DNA of 32,000 bases from Flavobacteriaceae bacterium. Its GTDB lineage: Bacteria > Bacteroidota > Bacteroidia > Flavobacteriales > Flavobacteriaceae. The stretch lies in assembly GCA_965224465.1 (NCBI GenBank), contig OZ245049.1, positions 4,740,001 through 4,772,000 on the forward strand, in the 5' to 3' direction. The notes beneath the pieces were generated by a model, which did no database searches, had not been told where the DNA came from, and worked only from the letters and a program-made list of their open reading frames with translations. Made by a program: the position numbers and the translations under genes. Positions 8,042-17,605 of this stretch are shown piece by piece; position 1 is the stretch's first letter; the number at the start of each line of letters is the position of its first letter.

Positions 8042-8915
8042 GAGCTATCCAATTTATAGTTGTTGCACCTTCATCCATTCGCATATATCCAGCATCTGAA
8101 ATGTAGGTTTCATTTATAGTTGCCCATTCTAAGTTGCCATATTTTGTCTCAGCTGACTTAATAATTGGCAATTTTACACCTTCTATTAATTGTAAATGAT
8201 CCGTTAGTTGGGTTAACACCAACTCACCGTTAAAATCAAGATTATACAAAAAGCTTTTAATTGCTTCCTGTACTGGAGTATTAGCAGTTCCATCCAATCG
8301 AGCACCTGCAGCACTCAATATTTGTGGATTGTAATGAATATCCAATACTAACTTTAAACTATCATTTACTCTGGAGGTGGGAATAATCTTAGTACCCGCA
8401 TCCCCCGTTTGTTTAATATAGTCTTCAAATGCCAACATTTCAGCCGGTTCTAAAGGGACATACTCATTATTAACCTCCTTTGCCAGTTTTAATTCCAAAT
8501 GCCCCCGACCATTCACTATTTTACGAATAACAGCTACATGTTTTATTATTTTAGCAGCATCTATTTGAGCAATTGTTAGGGTTGAATTATTATACTTATC
8601 CGTCTCCGTAACTAAAGCATGTCCAAATTGGAATGCCAATGCGAGTTCTTCATACCAAGTGAAATTATGAATCTTGTTTTTTTTAATTAAATCATCCATT
8701 TCCTTTTTATGGATATCAAATATTGATTCCAATGTCCAAACTACCACAGCGACAACCCAAATCCATAAACGCCAAATAGCCACTCTCGAGGTACTTGTGA
8801 GCCCAGCAATTGTATTGCGTTCATTTGTTGTTAGCACCTCTAATGTATCTAACTCCGAAGCCTTTTTCTTAGCTCTTAATATTGATTCCTGTATGTCGTT
8901 GAGTGTTCTTGCCAT
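8031..8915 (-). CDS. Phage tail/baseplate-associated protein (assignment tentative)
   Basis: 294-aa ORF in the tail block, coupled to its neighbours. I cannot verify baseplate-J-like similarity without a search, so the call rests on context only. Confidence 0.4.
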   Translation of the reverse strand: MARTLNDIQESILRAKKKASELDTLEVLTTNERNTIAGLTSTSRVAIWRLWIWVVAVVVWTLESIFDIHKKEMDDLIKKNKIHNFTWYEELALAFQFGHALVTETDKYNNSTLTIAQIDAAKIIKHVAVIRKIVNGRGHLELKLAKEVNNEYVPLEPAEMLAFEDYIKQTGDAGTKIIPTSRVNDSLKLVLDIHYNPQILSAAGARLDGTANTPVQEAIKSFLYNLDFNGELVLTQLTDHLQLIEGVKLPIIKSAETKYGNLEWATINETYISDAGYMRMDEGATTINWIARGQ

Positions 8916-8917
8916 CT

Positions 8918-9199
8918 TTATTGTTTAGGAATCCAACCTATTTGTATTTGATTTAATAATTCAAATGCTTTGCCTATAGCTTGATTGGCTACTTTTAAAG
9001 CTTCATTCACTTGTGAGGCATCTACGGATAATTGCACGCCAAACTCTTTTTCTAGTTCCTGTCGTTTTTTATGAAATTCCTCCATTTTTTTTACTAATTC
9101 CTCTTGAGCTTCTTTTTCCTCATTTTTTGCTTTTTGAACTATCTTAAACGCTTCAAATTCCTTTAAATCTTCTTTGTTGATTGTGACTGGATTACTCAT
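8918..9199 (-). CDS. Small coiled-coil phage protein
   Basis: 93-aa ORF rich in E/K heptad-like sequence (KAKNEEKEAQEELVKKMEEFHKKRQELEKEF), lying between tail genes. Confidence 0.5.
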   Translation of the reverse strand: MSNPVTINKEDLKEFEAFKIVQKAKNEEKEAQEELVKKMEEFHKKRQELEKEFGVQLSVDASQVNEALKVANQAIGKAFELLNQIQIGWIPKQ

Positions 9200-9212
9200 T
9201 ATTTATATTTAT

Positions 9213-9719
9213 TTAGCATCCTGTTGATGCTGTTACTGTATCTGATAATATTATTGCGGTTATTACTCCATTTACGATATGATAAATTGTAAATGTATTT
9301 GTAGATCCTGAAGAACCTCCATAAAAATAAGTTCCTGTAAATGTTATTTTATAATATGGGGACATATATCCATAGAGTTGTTCACCTACAGTAATAGGAG
9401 CTGTCGAATATCTTTTACAAGTAAATCCCGAAATGTTGATTGATTCCTTACTGTAAAGGCATTTTAAATCTTCATCTGAAAACTGTGATATGTTCACACC
9501 TCCTATTGAATGTTGTAAATTCACATCCATTGTTGGCTTAACATGCTGATACCCTCTAAAACTTAAAAAATTATTACCGTCTCCTACTTTATAAGTTGGG
9601 TCATAAACACCTATAGCATCTATAAATATTTGTATAGAAGAACGCCCCAATGTATTTGTATCCCCATATATCTCTTGTAAAATATCCTCTATAGTTATAG
9701 TGTTGGTCGTTGTTATCAT
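9213..9719 (-). CDS. Phage protein downstream of the tail fibre (possible fibre accessory/assembly protein)
   Basis: 168-aa ORF whose ATG overlaps the tail-fibre stop by 4 nt. The function is inferred from position only. Confidence 0.45.
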   Translation of the reverse strand: MITTTNTITIEDILQEIYGDTNTLGRSSIQIFIDAIGVYDPTYKVGDGNNFLSFRGYQHVKPTMDVNLQHSIGGVNISQFSDEDLKCLYSKESINISGFTCKRYSTAPITVGEQLYGYMSPYYKITFTGTYFYGGSSGSTNTFTIYHIVNGVITAIILSDTVTASTGC

Positions 9720-11562
9720 TTTATGCCTAGTTGTTGAGTTAAAAGTGCTACTTGATACTTTAAATATGCGATTTCCTCTGAATGTAAATCTATAATTGCA
9801 ACTTTATATGTGTCCTTTTCAGAACCTGATACGAATGTTTTTAAATCATTATCTAACAACATATCCTGTGCTATTGGTGAAACATGACGCATTTTAGTAT
9901 CTCCTTCTATGAAATTAAAAGAAGCATATCTCGTATTTAATTTTTTTGGTGATAAATAAATGATATTCTTTTTTGCTCTACGGTCTGAGGTTCCTTGCCA
10001 TGATTGGCTGAAAACAGTCCCCTTTGATGTTACATCTCCTGAGAATGTAGCTCCATCTCTATGCAATCTAAGCCTCTCCTGCATGTTATTAAACCCGTTC
10101 CATGCATTAAATGAAATATCTGCATAATTAGATGGTGTTGCAATATTTGGCAACTCAAAAGAAATGTTAGCTACTGGTAAGCCCTGATTCCTGTTCCATG
10201 CTCGGAGTTTGAATAAAACATCACCACTTGCTGCTCCTATCCCTTTACCTGTTAACTCATTGTCTAATGTAACGTTCCCTAAAAATGCAGCATTACCACT
10301 AAAGTCAATACTTGCCTTTACTTGGTCCGAATTATTTAAAAATTGCAATGTACTACCAGATGTTTTAATATTGTAAGAATTTCCTGAGGGGTCTTTTATT
10401 GCTAATAAATTAGGTATTATTATAGCTGCTGTTATTTTTCCTGAGAACACCCCATTATTAGCGTCAAAATCTCCAGTAGAGAATTTGCCTGTTACCCTAT
10501 TTATATTAAAACCTTGCCCAATATATGCTCCTGTATTTGAAAATCTATTTACAACAAAATCATCACCTGCACCTCCTAAAATCATATCCCACTTCTTAAT
10601 AGGACCTCCCGACCTTTCTGTAAAAGTTAATCCTGAACTGCCTCCTACGTAAATACCTTTAGACGTAACGTAATTTGCCACAAAATCAACGTCTGATTTA
10701 TTAAAATTCCCTGAGTGATAATACTTATTAGATAATAAAATACCGCCTTCAGAAATACTTCCTCCAGTCTTAATATTCACACTACCAAAATCTCCTCCAG
10801 TTCTTAGCAAAGAATTTGCGGTGGTATCAGATTTTATAGTATCTAAATTAATTATTGCAGAAACGCTTATAAAATTAACTTTAGCCTGTGATGCATCCGT
10901 AAAGGCATTAGTATCAGCATTGCTTTCATATTTAATTTTTATTGATGCAGCGGTTTCAGCAGTGCTTTTTCCTTGCTGTAAAATCCACTCATTATCCGTA
11001 TTGTCCCATATATAAGATTCTACATCTGAACCAATACCCGCATCTACATAGGCATAATTACCTTCTATACCCACAGGGATAGTTGTTCTTAATGCCGTAA
11101 TATTTGGAAACTGCCCTTTAAAATGAGGTGCTTCTAAACCTGCTAATTTTGTTTTTTCGGCATCCGTAAACCCATTGGTATTAGGTTCTGCCTCATATAA
11201 AGATTTTATTTCATTTCCTGTTTGATCTGCGGTGGCTAATTTCTCAATACTTTGTAATTTCAATATTAAATCGTTTGTAAAATTATTTTCAGACAAGCCT
11301 TGTCCGACAATTTTATCAACCTTTAAAATATTATATGCATCAAATTCAGCCTGTAAACCATCTATCATAGACATCGGATGGGATTGAGGATGTATATAAT
11401 TTGACAAGTTTTTTAGCTTTGTAAGTAAAGTCCCTGTAAAATTATTTTCAGAGAGTCCTTTCCCATCAATTTTATCAACTTTATTATCAAGTGTGTTTTG
11501 TAAATTGGTTATATAATTAATGTTTTGATTGGGGGGTAATGTTGGTACAGCAATCTCACGTG
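9716..11562 (-). pseudogene. Tail fibre with a C-terminal peptidase-S74 intramolecular chaperone domain, 5'-truncated by IS21
   Basis: S74 signature TSDRRAKKNIIYLS...HVSPIAQDM...KVAIIDLHSEEIAYLKYQVALL. Fibre repeats are present (KVDKI.G.GLSENNFT twice; NGFTDAEKTKL; NAFTDASQAKV). The reading frame stays open upstream of the listed TTG (11407) right up to the IS21 end at 11563, with no start codon. Confidence 0.8.
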
Positions 11563-12686
11563 GATATTCCGGAGCAAGCTGCCCCCTCTACCGGGACTCA
11601 AAAAAGATGTAATTACATACTGACGTTCTGACGTATGTTGACCCCCTCTAAAATTATCGGATTAATATTCCGGAGCATATTGACCCCTCTAATTATTAAG
11701 AGAGCTCATTTTTGTAACGGAGCATGTTGATCCCCTAAATAATTTTGGTTTTACTTAGTGGTAATTAATCACTAAATGAGAATAGATGGCAGGTAAATCA
11801 ACACGTATGAGTCTCGTAAAACAATTATTAAGAATGCACCACAATGGCATTGGTATTAAAACCATTGCAAGAACACTTTGTGTGAGTAAAAACACCGTTA
11901 AAAGCTATATTTTAAAAGTCAAAGACAGCGGCATTCCATTCGAAAATTTATTAAAACTAGAAGATCCTTTATTAGAAAAAGCATTGCTCGCTGGAAACCC
12001 AGCCTATAAAGATCAACGCTATGAAGTTTTAAAGGATAAGTTGGGCTATTATGCCAAAGAACTCACAAAGATTGGTGTAAACCGTGTGGTTCTGTGGGAT
12101 GAGTACAAAGCAGAGTTCACCCCCAACTATTATAGTTATAGTCAATTTTGTGATCATTTACGCCAATATCGTCGCAGTAGTAAACCATCGATGGTTTTAG
12201 ATCATCATCCTGGAGACAAACTTTATATTGATTACGCAGGAAAAAAGTTGTCTTATATTGACATTGATACAGGGGAAATAATAGATGTTCAGGTATTTGT
12301 AGCCTGCCTTCCTTATTCTGATTATTGCTTTGCTATAGCTGTTCCAAGTCAGAAAACAGATGATTTTATTATGGCATTACAATGCTGTTTAAAAGATATA
12401 GGAGGCGTACCACAAACACTAGTCCCCGACAATCTTAAAGCTGCCATAGTAAAGGCTAGCAAATTATGAGCCAACAGTAAATAAAGTGCTTGAAGATTTT
12501 GCGAACCATTACAATACCACTGTAACCCCTGCAAGATCTAGAAAACCACAAGACAAAGCATTGGTTGAAAACCAAGTAAAGCTAATCTACAGTAGGGTTT
12601 ATGCTAAGTTACGCAATCAGCAATTTTTATCATTATCATCACTTAATACAGCCATAAAAACATTGGTTAAAGCTCATAATCAAACT

Positions 12687-13810
12687 TAAATTCAAGTAGT
12701 AAATGCAACTTCTTAGATTTGAGAGTTTCTAAGGTTTATTTTTCAAAACAGAAAGAGAGTCACCTCTCCTTCATGTTTTGATGGAATAGTTACCTTACGC
12801 CCTCAAGTCTCTGAAAAAGAAGTAGTATGGCACATTTAACCAAAGAACAAAGATACACAATTACCTGTATGTTATCACAGGGGTATTCTAAGTCCAAAAT
12901 AGCCTTGGCTATAGGGAAACATAAAAGCACTATAAGTAGAGAATGCAAACGTAATTGCGATGCTCGTAGCGGCTCCTATGAATACGAATTAGCACATAGA
13001 AAGTGGAAGGATAGACATAAGAAAAAGCGAAAGCACATTAGGTTTACTGAGAAGATAAGAAGCGAGGTTGAAAAGCTGTTACGTGATGATTATAGTCCAG
13101 AACAAGTGGTTGGAATACTTACTAAGCAAGGAAAAGAAGTTGTTTCAGTAGAACGTATTTATCAGCATATCTGGCAAGATAAGAAGCATAAAGGCACACT
13201 CTATACTCATTTAAGAAGACAAGGAAGGAAGTACAGGAAACGAGGGGCATTCAAGGACTCACGTGGTATTATTAAAGATCGAATTAGTATTGAAAAACGA
13301 CCAGATATAGTGGAGAAAAGAGAACGTTTTGGAGATTTAGAAGTGGATTTAATAATTGGAAAAAATCATCATCAAGCCATTCTTACAATCAATGACAGGG
13401 CTTCTGGGATGCTAAAGATGAAAAAAATAGCATCTAAAGAATCTTCTGTTGTAACAGCTGCTATTAATGAGCTTTTAGAAGATTGGATACCGTATATAAA
13501 CACTATAACAGCTGATAACGGAAAAGAGTTTGCAGGACATAAAAAAGTAGCTGAATTTTTAGGAATCGATTATTATTTTGCACATCCTTACCATTCATGG
13601 GAAAGAGGATCTAATGAAAATTTAAATGGGCTTATTCGGCAATATTTCCCTAAAGGAAGTGACTTTTCGATATTAACTAAGCAGATGATAAAACAGGTGG
13701 AAGGAAAATTAAATAGAAGGCCTAGGAAAAGGTTTTCATATCAAAACCCTATATTTGTAATGAATCAATTATTGTTTAACCAAAAAGTTGCGTTTATAAG
13801 TTGAATTCAG
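12687..13810 (+). mobile_element. IS30-family insertion sequence nested inside istA
   Basis: Imperfect ~25-bp inverted repeats (taaattcaagtagtaaatgcaactt / aagttgcgtttataagttgaattcag). The element is flanked by direct repeats caaact at 12681..12686 and 13811..13816. Boundaries are +/-1 bp. Confidence 0.8.
12827..13804 (+). CDS. IS30-family DDE transposase
   Basis: 325-aa ORF with an N-terminal HTH region (LTKEQRYTI...GYSKSKIALAIGKHKSTISRE) and a C-terminal DDE core (GDLEVDLI...ITADNGKEF...SWERGSNENLNGLIRQYFPKG), the IS30 pattern. Confidence 0.85.
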   Translation: MAHLTKEQRYTITCMLSQGYSKSKIALAIGKHKSTISRECKRNCDARSGSYEYELAHRKWKDRHKKKRKHIRFTEKIRSEVEKLLRDDYSPEQVVGILTKQGKEVVSVERIYQHIWQDKKHKGTLYTHLRRQGRKYRKRGAFKDSRGIIKDRISIEKRPDIVEKRERFGDLEVDLIIGKNHHQAILTINDRASGMLKMKKIASKESSVVTAAINELLEDWIPYINTITADNGKEFAGHKKVAEFLGIDYYFAHPYHSWERGSNENLNGLIRQYFPKGSDFSILTKQMIKQVEGKLNRRPRKRFSYQNPIFVMNQLLFNQKVAFIS

Positions 13811-14500
13811 CAAACTAGAATGCAACGCAAGGATTACTCTAGAGAAGAAAAATTTATAGCTGATGAGCAACATACTTTAGCGGCTTTGCCAACTACTGAT
13901 TTTGAAGTAAAATATTATAAAAGCTTAAAAGTAGCTCATAATAATCACATCTATTTAGCTTCAGACAAGCATTATTACAGCGTTCCTTACATTCATATAG
14001 GAAAACAGGTTAGGGTGATTTACACACGTAGCTTAGTTCGTGTTTATTACGATAATGAGCAGATAGCTGTACATCCAAGAGGACTGAAAAAATCAGGATA
14101 TACTACAACAAGTGCACATTTATGTTCAGAACATCAGTATTATAAAAAACGAAGCCCAACCTATTATTTACAAAAAGCATATCTTCATTCTGAGGAGTTG
14201 TACCTATTTCTAAATGGATTATTTAAGCAGGACAAGTACCCTGAACAGCTTTATAGAACCTGTGATGGCATTTTAAACTTGTCTAAAAAAACAGATCCAA
14301 CAGAATTTATAAAAGCCGTCAAAATAGCCCAAGAAAACAATAATTACTCCTATGGTTTTTTAAAACGAATACTAGAAAATAAGATGACAGAAAATACAGA
14401 ATCTGCATCTTCAAAACCACTATCTGATCATAAGAATATCAGAGGAAAAAAACACTATAAATAAGCGTTTAAATGTATAATTACTAAATTTTAAATAAAG

Positions 14501-15220
14501 ATGAACAACATTGAAAACAAGTTTAATCAACTACGACTGCTAGGAATGTCTACCCAATGGGAGGCCTTAAAAGAAACACGTCAGCATCATGATTTATCAC
14601 TACCAGAGGGCTTAGAAATATTGCTACAAGCTGAACAATTAGATCGAGAAAATAGGCGTTTTGAACGCTTAAAACGAAGTGCTAAGTTTAGATATAGTGC
14701 CAGTATAGAGGAGTTAAACTTTGAAACCTCTAGAGGCTTAAATAAATCACAAGTGACCGAGCTTGCAACGGGAAACTACATTAAAAACGGAGAGTCAATA
14801 CTTCTAACAGGCTCCACTGGATGTGGTAAAAGCTTTACAGCATCGGCATTGGGACACAGAGCATGTTCTCAAGGAGTAAAGGTGTTATACTATAATCTTC
14901 AAAAACTACTCATCATTATTAAAATGGCACGTATTGATGGAAGTGTTTTTAAGTTATTGGAGAAAATATCAAAATCTGGATTATTGATACTCGACGATTT
15001 TGGAATAACTCATTTAAATAACCAGCAACAAATGGATTTAATGGAACTAATTGAAGATCGACACGGAAAATCATCCACCATAATAGCGAGTCAATTACCC
15101 GTGGAAAACTGGTATGAAATCATCGGAGAAGCAACCATAGCAGACGCCATTTTGGATCGATTAGTACACCGCTCTCACCGAATAGAATTAAAAGGAAAAA
15201 GTCTAAGAAAAAAACTGTAA
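14501..15220 (+). CDS. istB: IS21 helper ATPase IstB
   Basis: Walker A LTGSTGCGKSF and Walker B LLILDDFG, plus the typical C-terminus ADAILDRLVHRSHRIELKGKSLR. Confidence 0.9.
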   Translation: MNNIENKFNQLRLLGMSTQWEALKETRQHHDLSLPEGLEILLQAEQLDRENRRFERLKRSAKFRYSASIEELNFETSRGLNKSQVTELATGNYIKNGESILLTGSTGCGKSFTASALGHRACSQGVKVLYYNLQKLLIIIKMARIDGSVFKLLEKISKSGLLILDDFGITHLNNQQQMDLMELIEDRHGKSSTIIASQLPVENWYEIIGEATIADAILDRLVHRSHRIELKGKSLRKKL

Positions 15221-15304
15221 CTTTGTCAGTATCTCATTTTTAAGACCAAAATCTACAGAGGGGTCAACATCACCGGAATGAGGGGTCAACATCATCGGAA
15301 TATC

Positions 15305-15472
15305 TAATGTATAAGTAATTGCTTTTCCTAGTGGACTTTTCGGTAAGCTTCCTTGGGTATTATGGATCAACCATTTTATAAATGTATCCATTATTGGTTG
15401 TGCTTTATCTAGGCGATAAGCATGCCGTTGCTCAGGAGTAAATTCCTGGTTTTTACAATGTCGTTCTATCCA
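15305..15472 (-). mobile_element. Internal fragment of an IS66 tnpC gene (~170 bp), cut on one side by the IS21 end
   Basis: Near-identical in reverse complement to 21700..21866 of the complete IS66. It encodes ERHCKNQEFTPEQRHAYRLDKAQPIMDTFIKWLIHNTQGSLPKSPLGKAITYTL, against ...CKKQEF... in the full copy. The inner boundary (~15470) is approximate. Confidence 0.8.
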
Positions 15473-16004
15473 AATTGGAGGTAATGATAGAGCTGGTGCT
15501 ACCTTTACTTCTGCCAATATTACAAGAGTAACCATCCAAACCTCATTCCGTCAATTTTTATGGTATGAAGATCAATATGAATATCAGTCTTTTATAGTAG
15601 ACACACGTACAGGTGCTTATGAAGAAATTCCTTTTGAAGAATTAAGAGGGGAAGTTAATATTGTAAAAGAAGAAGGTAGTATTCCTAGAACCGAAACAAG
15701 CATACGTATACCTGAATGGGTACATGAGAAAAGGAAAAAACATGAATATAGGTTTACTATTTTTCAACTAGTATTTGTATGTAGATTGCTACTAAATGAA
15801 CAACATAAAAAATATTATCCACATACTTATGTAGGCAAAGATCGCTATATGGGTATAAAAATGCAATTATCACAATCTAGAACTCATAATTTTAAAAACA
15901 TGAATGGATTACTATTCCCTCCGAAACCAACCGAGTTTAAAGGGTATTATCATAAAAATGTAGAGGTAGATACTCTAGATAAACTACTCAAGTTTCGCAC
16001 TTAG
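15473..16004 (+). pseudogene. 3' portion of an uncharacterised toxin-like gene (paralog of 18408..19271). It has lost its 5' part and its last 13 codons are displaced by the IS4 insertion
   Basis: The frame of the listed 15786..16004 ORF is open back to ~15473 with no start. After in-silico removal of the IS4 element the reading continues ...VEVDTLDKLLKWAKEPVLNI* (17565..17601) and stops 4 nt before the ATG at 17606. It shows weak colinear similarity to the C-terminus of 18408..19271. Confidence 0.6.
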
Positions 16005-17559
16005 ATAGATTTACGCAACCTCTTGATAGTTAAGCTTGTGGGTATTCACTAGGAATCCAAAATCTTCAATATTCGCTATTATTTTACGTGTAACCATTTC
16101 AACATCAATAGATTCAATCATCTTTTCCAAAATGTCAATCACCAAGCTGATAACTGCTAATATCCTGATGTTTAGCTTATTCTCTATATAATCTTGTTTT
16201 AAATCTTTAAACAAGCCTCCTATAGTTTCGTAGGCTTCCATTCTATATCGAATACTGGTGAGTAAATATTGAACCATTATAATGCTTATTTGTGCGATTT
16301 GAATATCGAAATTAGTAGACTGACATTTTCCAAGACCAAACAACTGCTTAGCTTCTTTAAAAAACACTTCTATGGACCATCTGATACTGTATATTTCAAT
16401 AGCCTTTACAAATTTCAGTGTTGTATCCGTTGATATTAACGTGTGCCATTTGCCATTCTTTCCACGTTTTGAAATAAATACAGCAACCTTAAGACCATCA
16501 ATTTCAGTTATGTAATGATGGTAGTAATAATTGAATTTACGGCATCGTTTTGGTTTTATTTTCTGTTTTTTGAGTTGTGACAACGTTTTTATCTTTGATC
16601 GAACTTCAATCTTACTGTTGTATTTATACATCCCAATAATATGAGTTGAACTACTAATGTTCCGTAGCTTTCTAAGTAATTTAACACTTGTAAACCAGGT
16701 GTCTATTAAGATGTAATCTATGGGGATTTTACGTTTTACAAGCCTTGAGAACATTTGAACTAGCAGGTCTGTTTTCTTTTTATTGAGTTCCTGATACCTC
16801 TTTGCTGCAATTGTTTTACTACATCTTGGAGTTTTCTTTTGAAGCCTACGTTGCTTCGCCGTTAGACCGTATTTTAATTTTGATGTTTTACTTTCACGAT
16901 GCAAACTAAAGTCAACAGGGATAAATACACTTCCATTCCAATAACCAGCTACAAGTAGCTTAAAGCCTAGGTAATACGTTTTTGACACATGGTTGTATAT
17001 TTTTGAAACACCTTCAATTGTCTTTCCTGTTTTAGAAAGATCAGTATCGTCAAAGATCAAGCACTTTGTAGCGTCTTGAGATGGAGTAAAGAACTCTTCT
17101 TTTAATAGATATTGCTTCACAAACTGAGCTAGAAAAACCCTCCAATTTATCTTTTGATTTGCTAGGATTCGATAGTATGAATCTTTACCCGACTGACCTA
17201 ATCCCTTGTCTTTACTACTTGTAAGTCCATGAATAGAATCAAATCCGATAATAGGTAAAATTAAAAGTGTAGAGATTAAATTACCGAATGAAATCCCCGA
17301 TTTCTTACACCAACTAAACTTGTTTTTAATTTTATTGAATCCTAAAATATTTAGATGTGCTTGTAGGTATTCTGAACTAAGCCAAATCTTATTAAATTTT
17401 CCTTTTATCTCCTGTGTTTTTGTGATATCTTCGTGTTCTAGCATGTTTTGTACTTTCTTGTTCGTACTTAAAAGTACAATAAAACCAGGGGATTACCTTG
17501 GTTTTCATGCTATTTATTTTTACTTAAACACCTGTAAATGATGGGTGCGAAACTTGAGT
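15986..17559 (-). mobile_element. IS4-family insertion sequence (1574 bp)
   Basis: Perfect 15-bp terminal inverted repeats: actcaagtttcgcac (15986..16000) and gtgcgaaacttgagt (17545..17559). They are flanked by a 5-bp direct repeat aaact (15981..15985 and 17560..17564). Confidence 0.9.
16011..17444 (-). CDS. IS4-family DDE transposase
   Basis: 477-aa ORF with the Y(2)R(3)E(6)K signature YSIRWSIEVFFKEAKQ and DDE-region blocks (LIFDDTDL, ILIDTWF). Confidence 0.85.
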   Translation of the reverse strand: MLEHEDITKTQEIKGKFNKIWLSSEYLQAHLNILGFNKIKNKFSWCKKSGISFGNLISTLLILPIIGFDSIHGLTSSKDKGLGQSGKDSYYRILANQKINWRVFLAQFVKQYLLKEEFFTPSQDATKCLIFDDTDLSKTGKTIEGVSKIYNHVSKTYYLGFKLLVAGYWNGSVFIPVDFSLHRESKTSKLKYGLTAKQRRLQKKTPRCSKTIAAKRYQELNKKKTDLLVQMFSRLVKRKIPIDYILIDTWFTSVKLLRKLRNISSSTHIIGMYKYNSKIEVRSKIKTLSQLKKQKIKPKRCRKFNYYYHHYITEIDGLKVAVFISKRGKNGKWHTLISTDTTLKFVKAIEIYSIRWSIEVFFKEAKQLFGLGKCQSTNFDIQIAQISIIMVQYLLTSIRYRMEAYETIGGLFKDLKQDYIENKLNIRILAVISLVIDILEKMIESIDVEMVTRKIIANIEDFGFLVNTHKLNYQEVA

Positions 17560-17605
17560 AAACTATTAAAATGGGCTAAAGAACCCGTATTAAATATATA
17601 AGTCT

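Larger units (their letters stand above)
11786..14464 (+). pseudogene. istA: IS21 transposase IstA, disrupted by a +1 frameshift and by an IS30 insertion
   Basis: Three colinear pieces: 11786..12469, 12462..12686 and 13811..14464. The frame changes at aaattatgag (12461..12470); removing one T gives ...KASKYEPTVNK.... Removing 12687..13816 joins ...KAHNQT to RMQRKDYSREEKF in frame. The total is ~517 aa, a normal IstA size. Confidence 0.85.
11563..15304 (+). mobile_element. IS21-family insertion sequence (istA-istB) carrying a nested IS30 element
   Basis: Terminal inverted repeats gatattccg at 11563.. and cggaatatc ..15304. Multiple subterminal repeats of ccggagca..ttgacccctc occur (four near the left end at 11569..11739, two near the right end at 15257..15300), as is typical for IS21. 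Length without the IS30 is ~2.6 kb. The flanks (ctcacgtg / taatgtat) show no target duplication. Confidence 0.85.

Noticed and set aside
12453-12470. Possibility that the istA frame change is a programmed ribosomal frameshift
   Set aside because: IS21-family IstA is normally a single ORF and there is no slippery heptamer plus downstream structure here. A single extra T in aaattatgag explains it, and the gene is also broken by the IS30, so a mutation (or sequencing error) is the simpler reading.
15203-15535. 110-aa ORF on the - strand
   Set aside because: It is a chimeric reading through three unrelated segments: the antisense of the truncated toxin-like gene, the IS66 tnpC fragment, and the IS21 right end. 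Only its middle part (ERHCKNQEF...AITYTL) is real coding sequence, and that belongs to the IS66 fragment.
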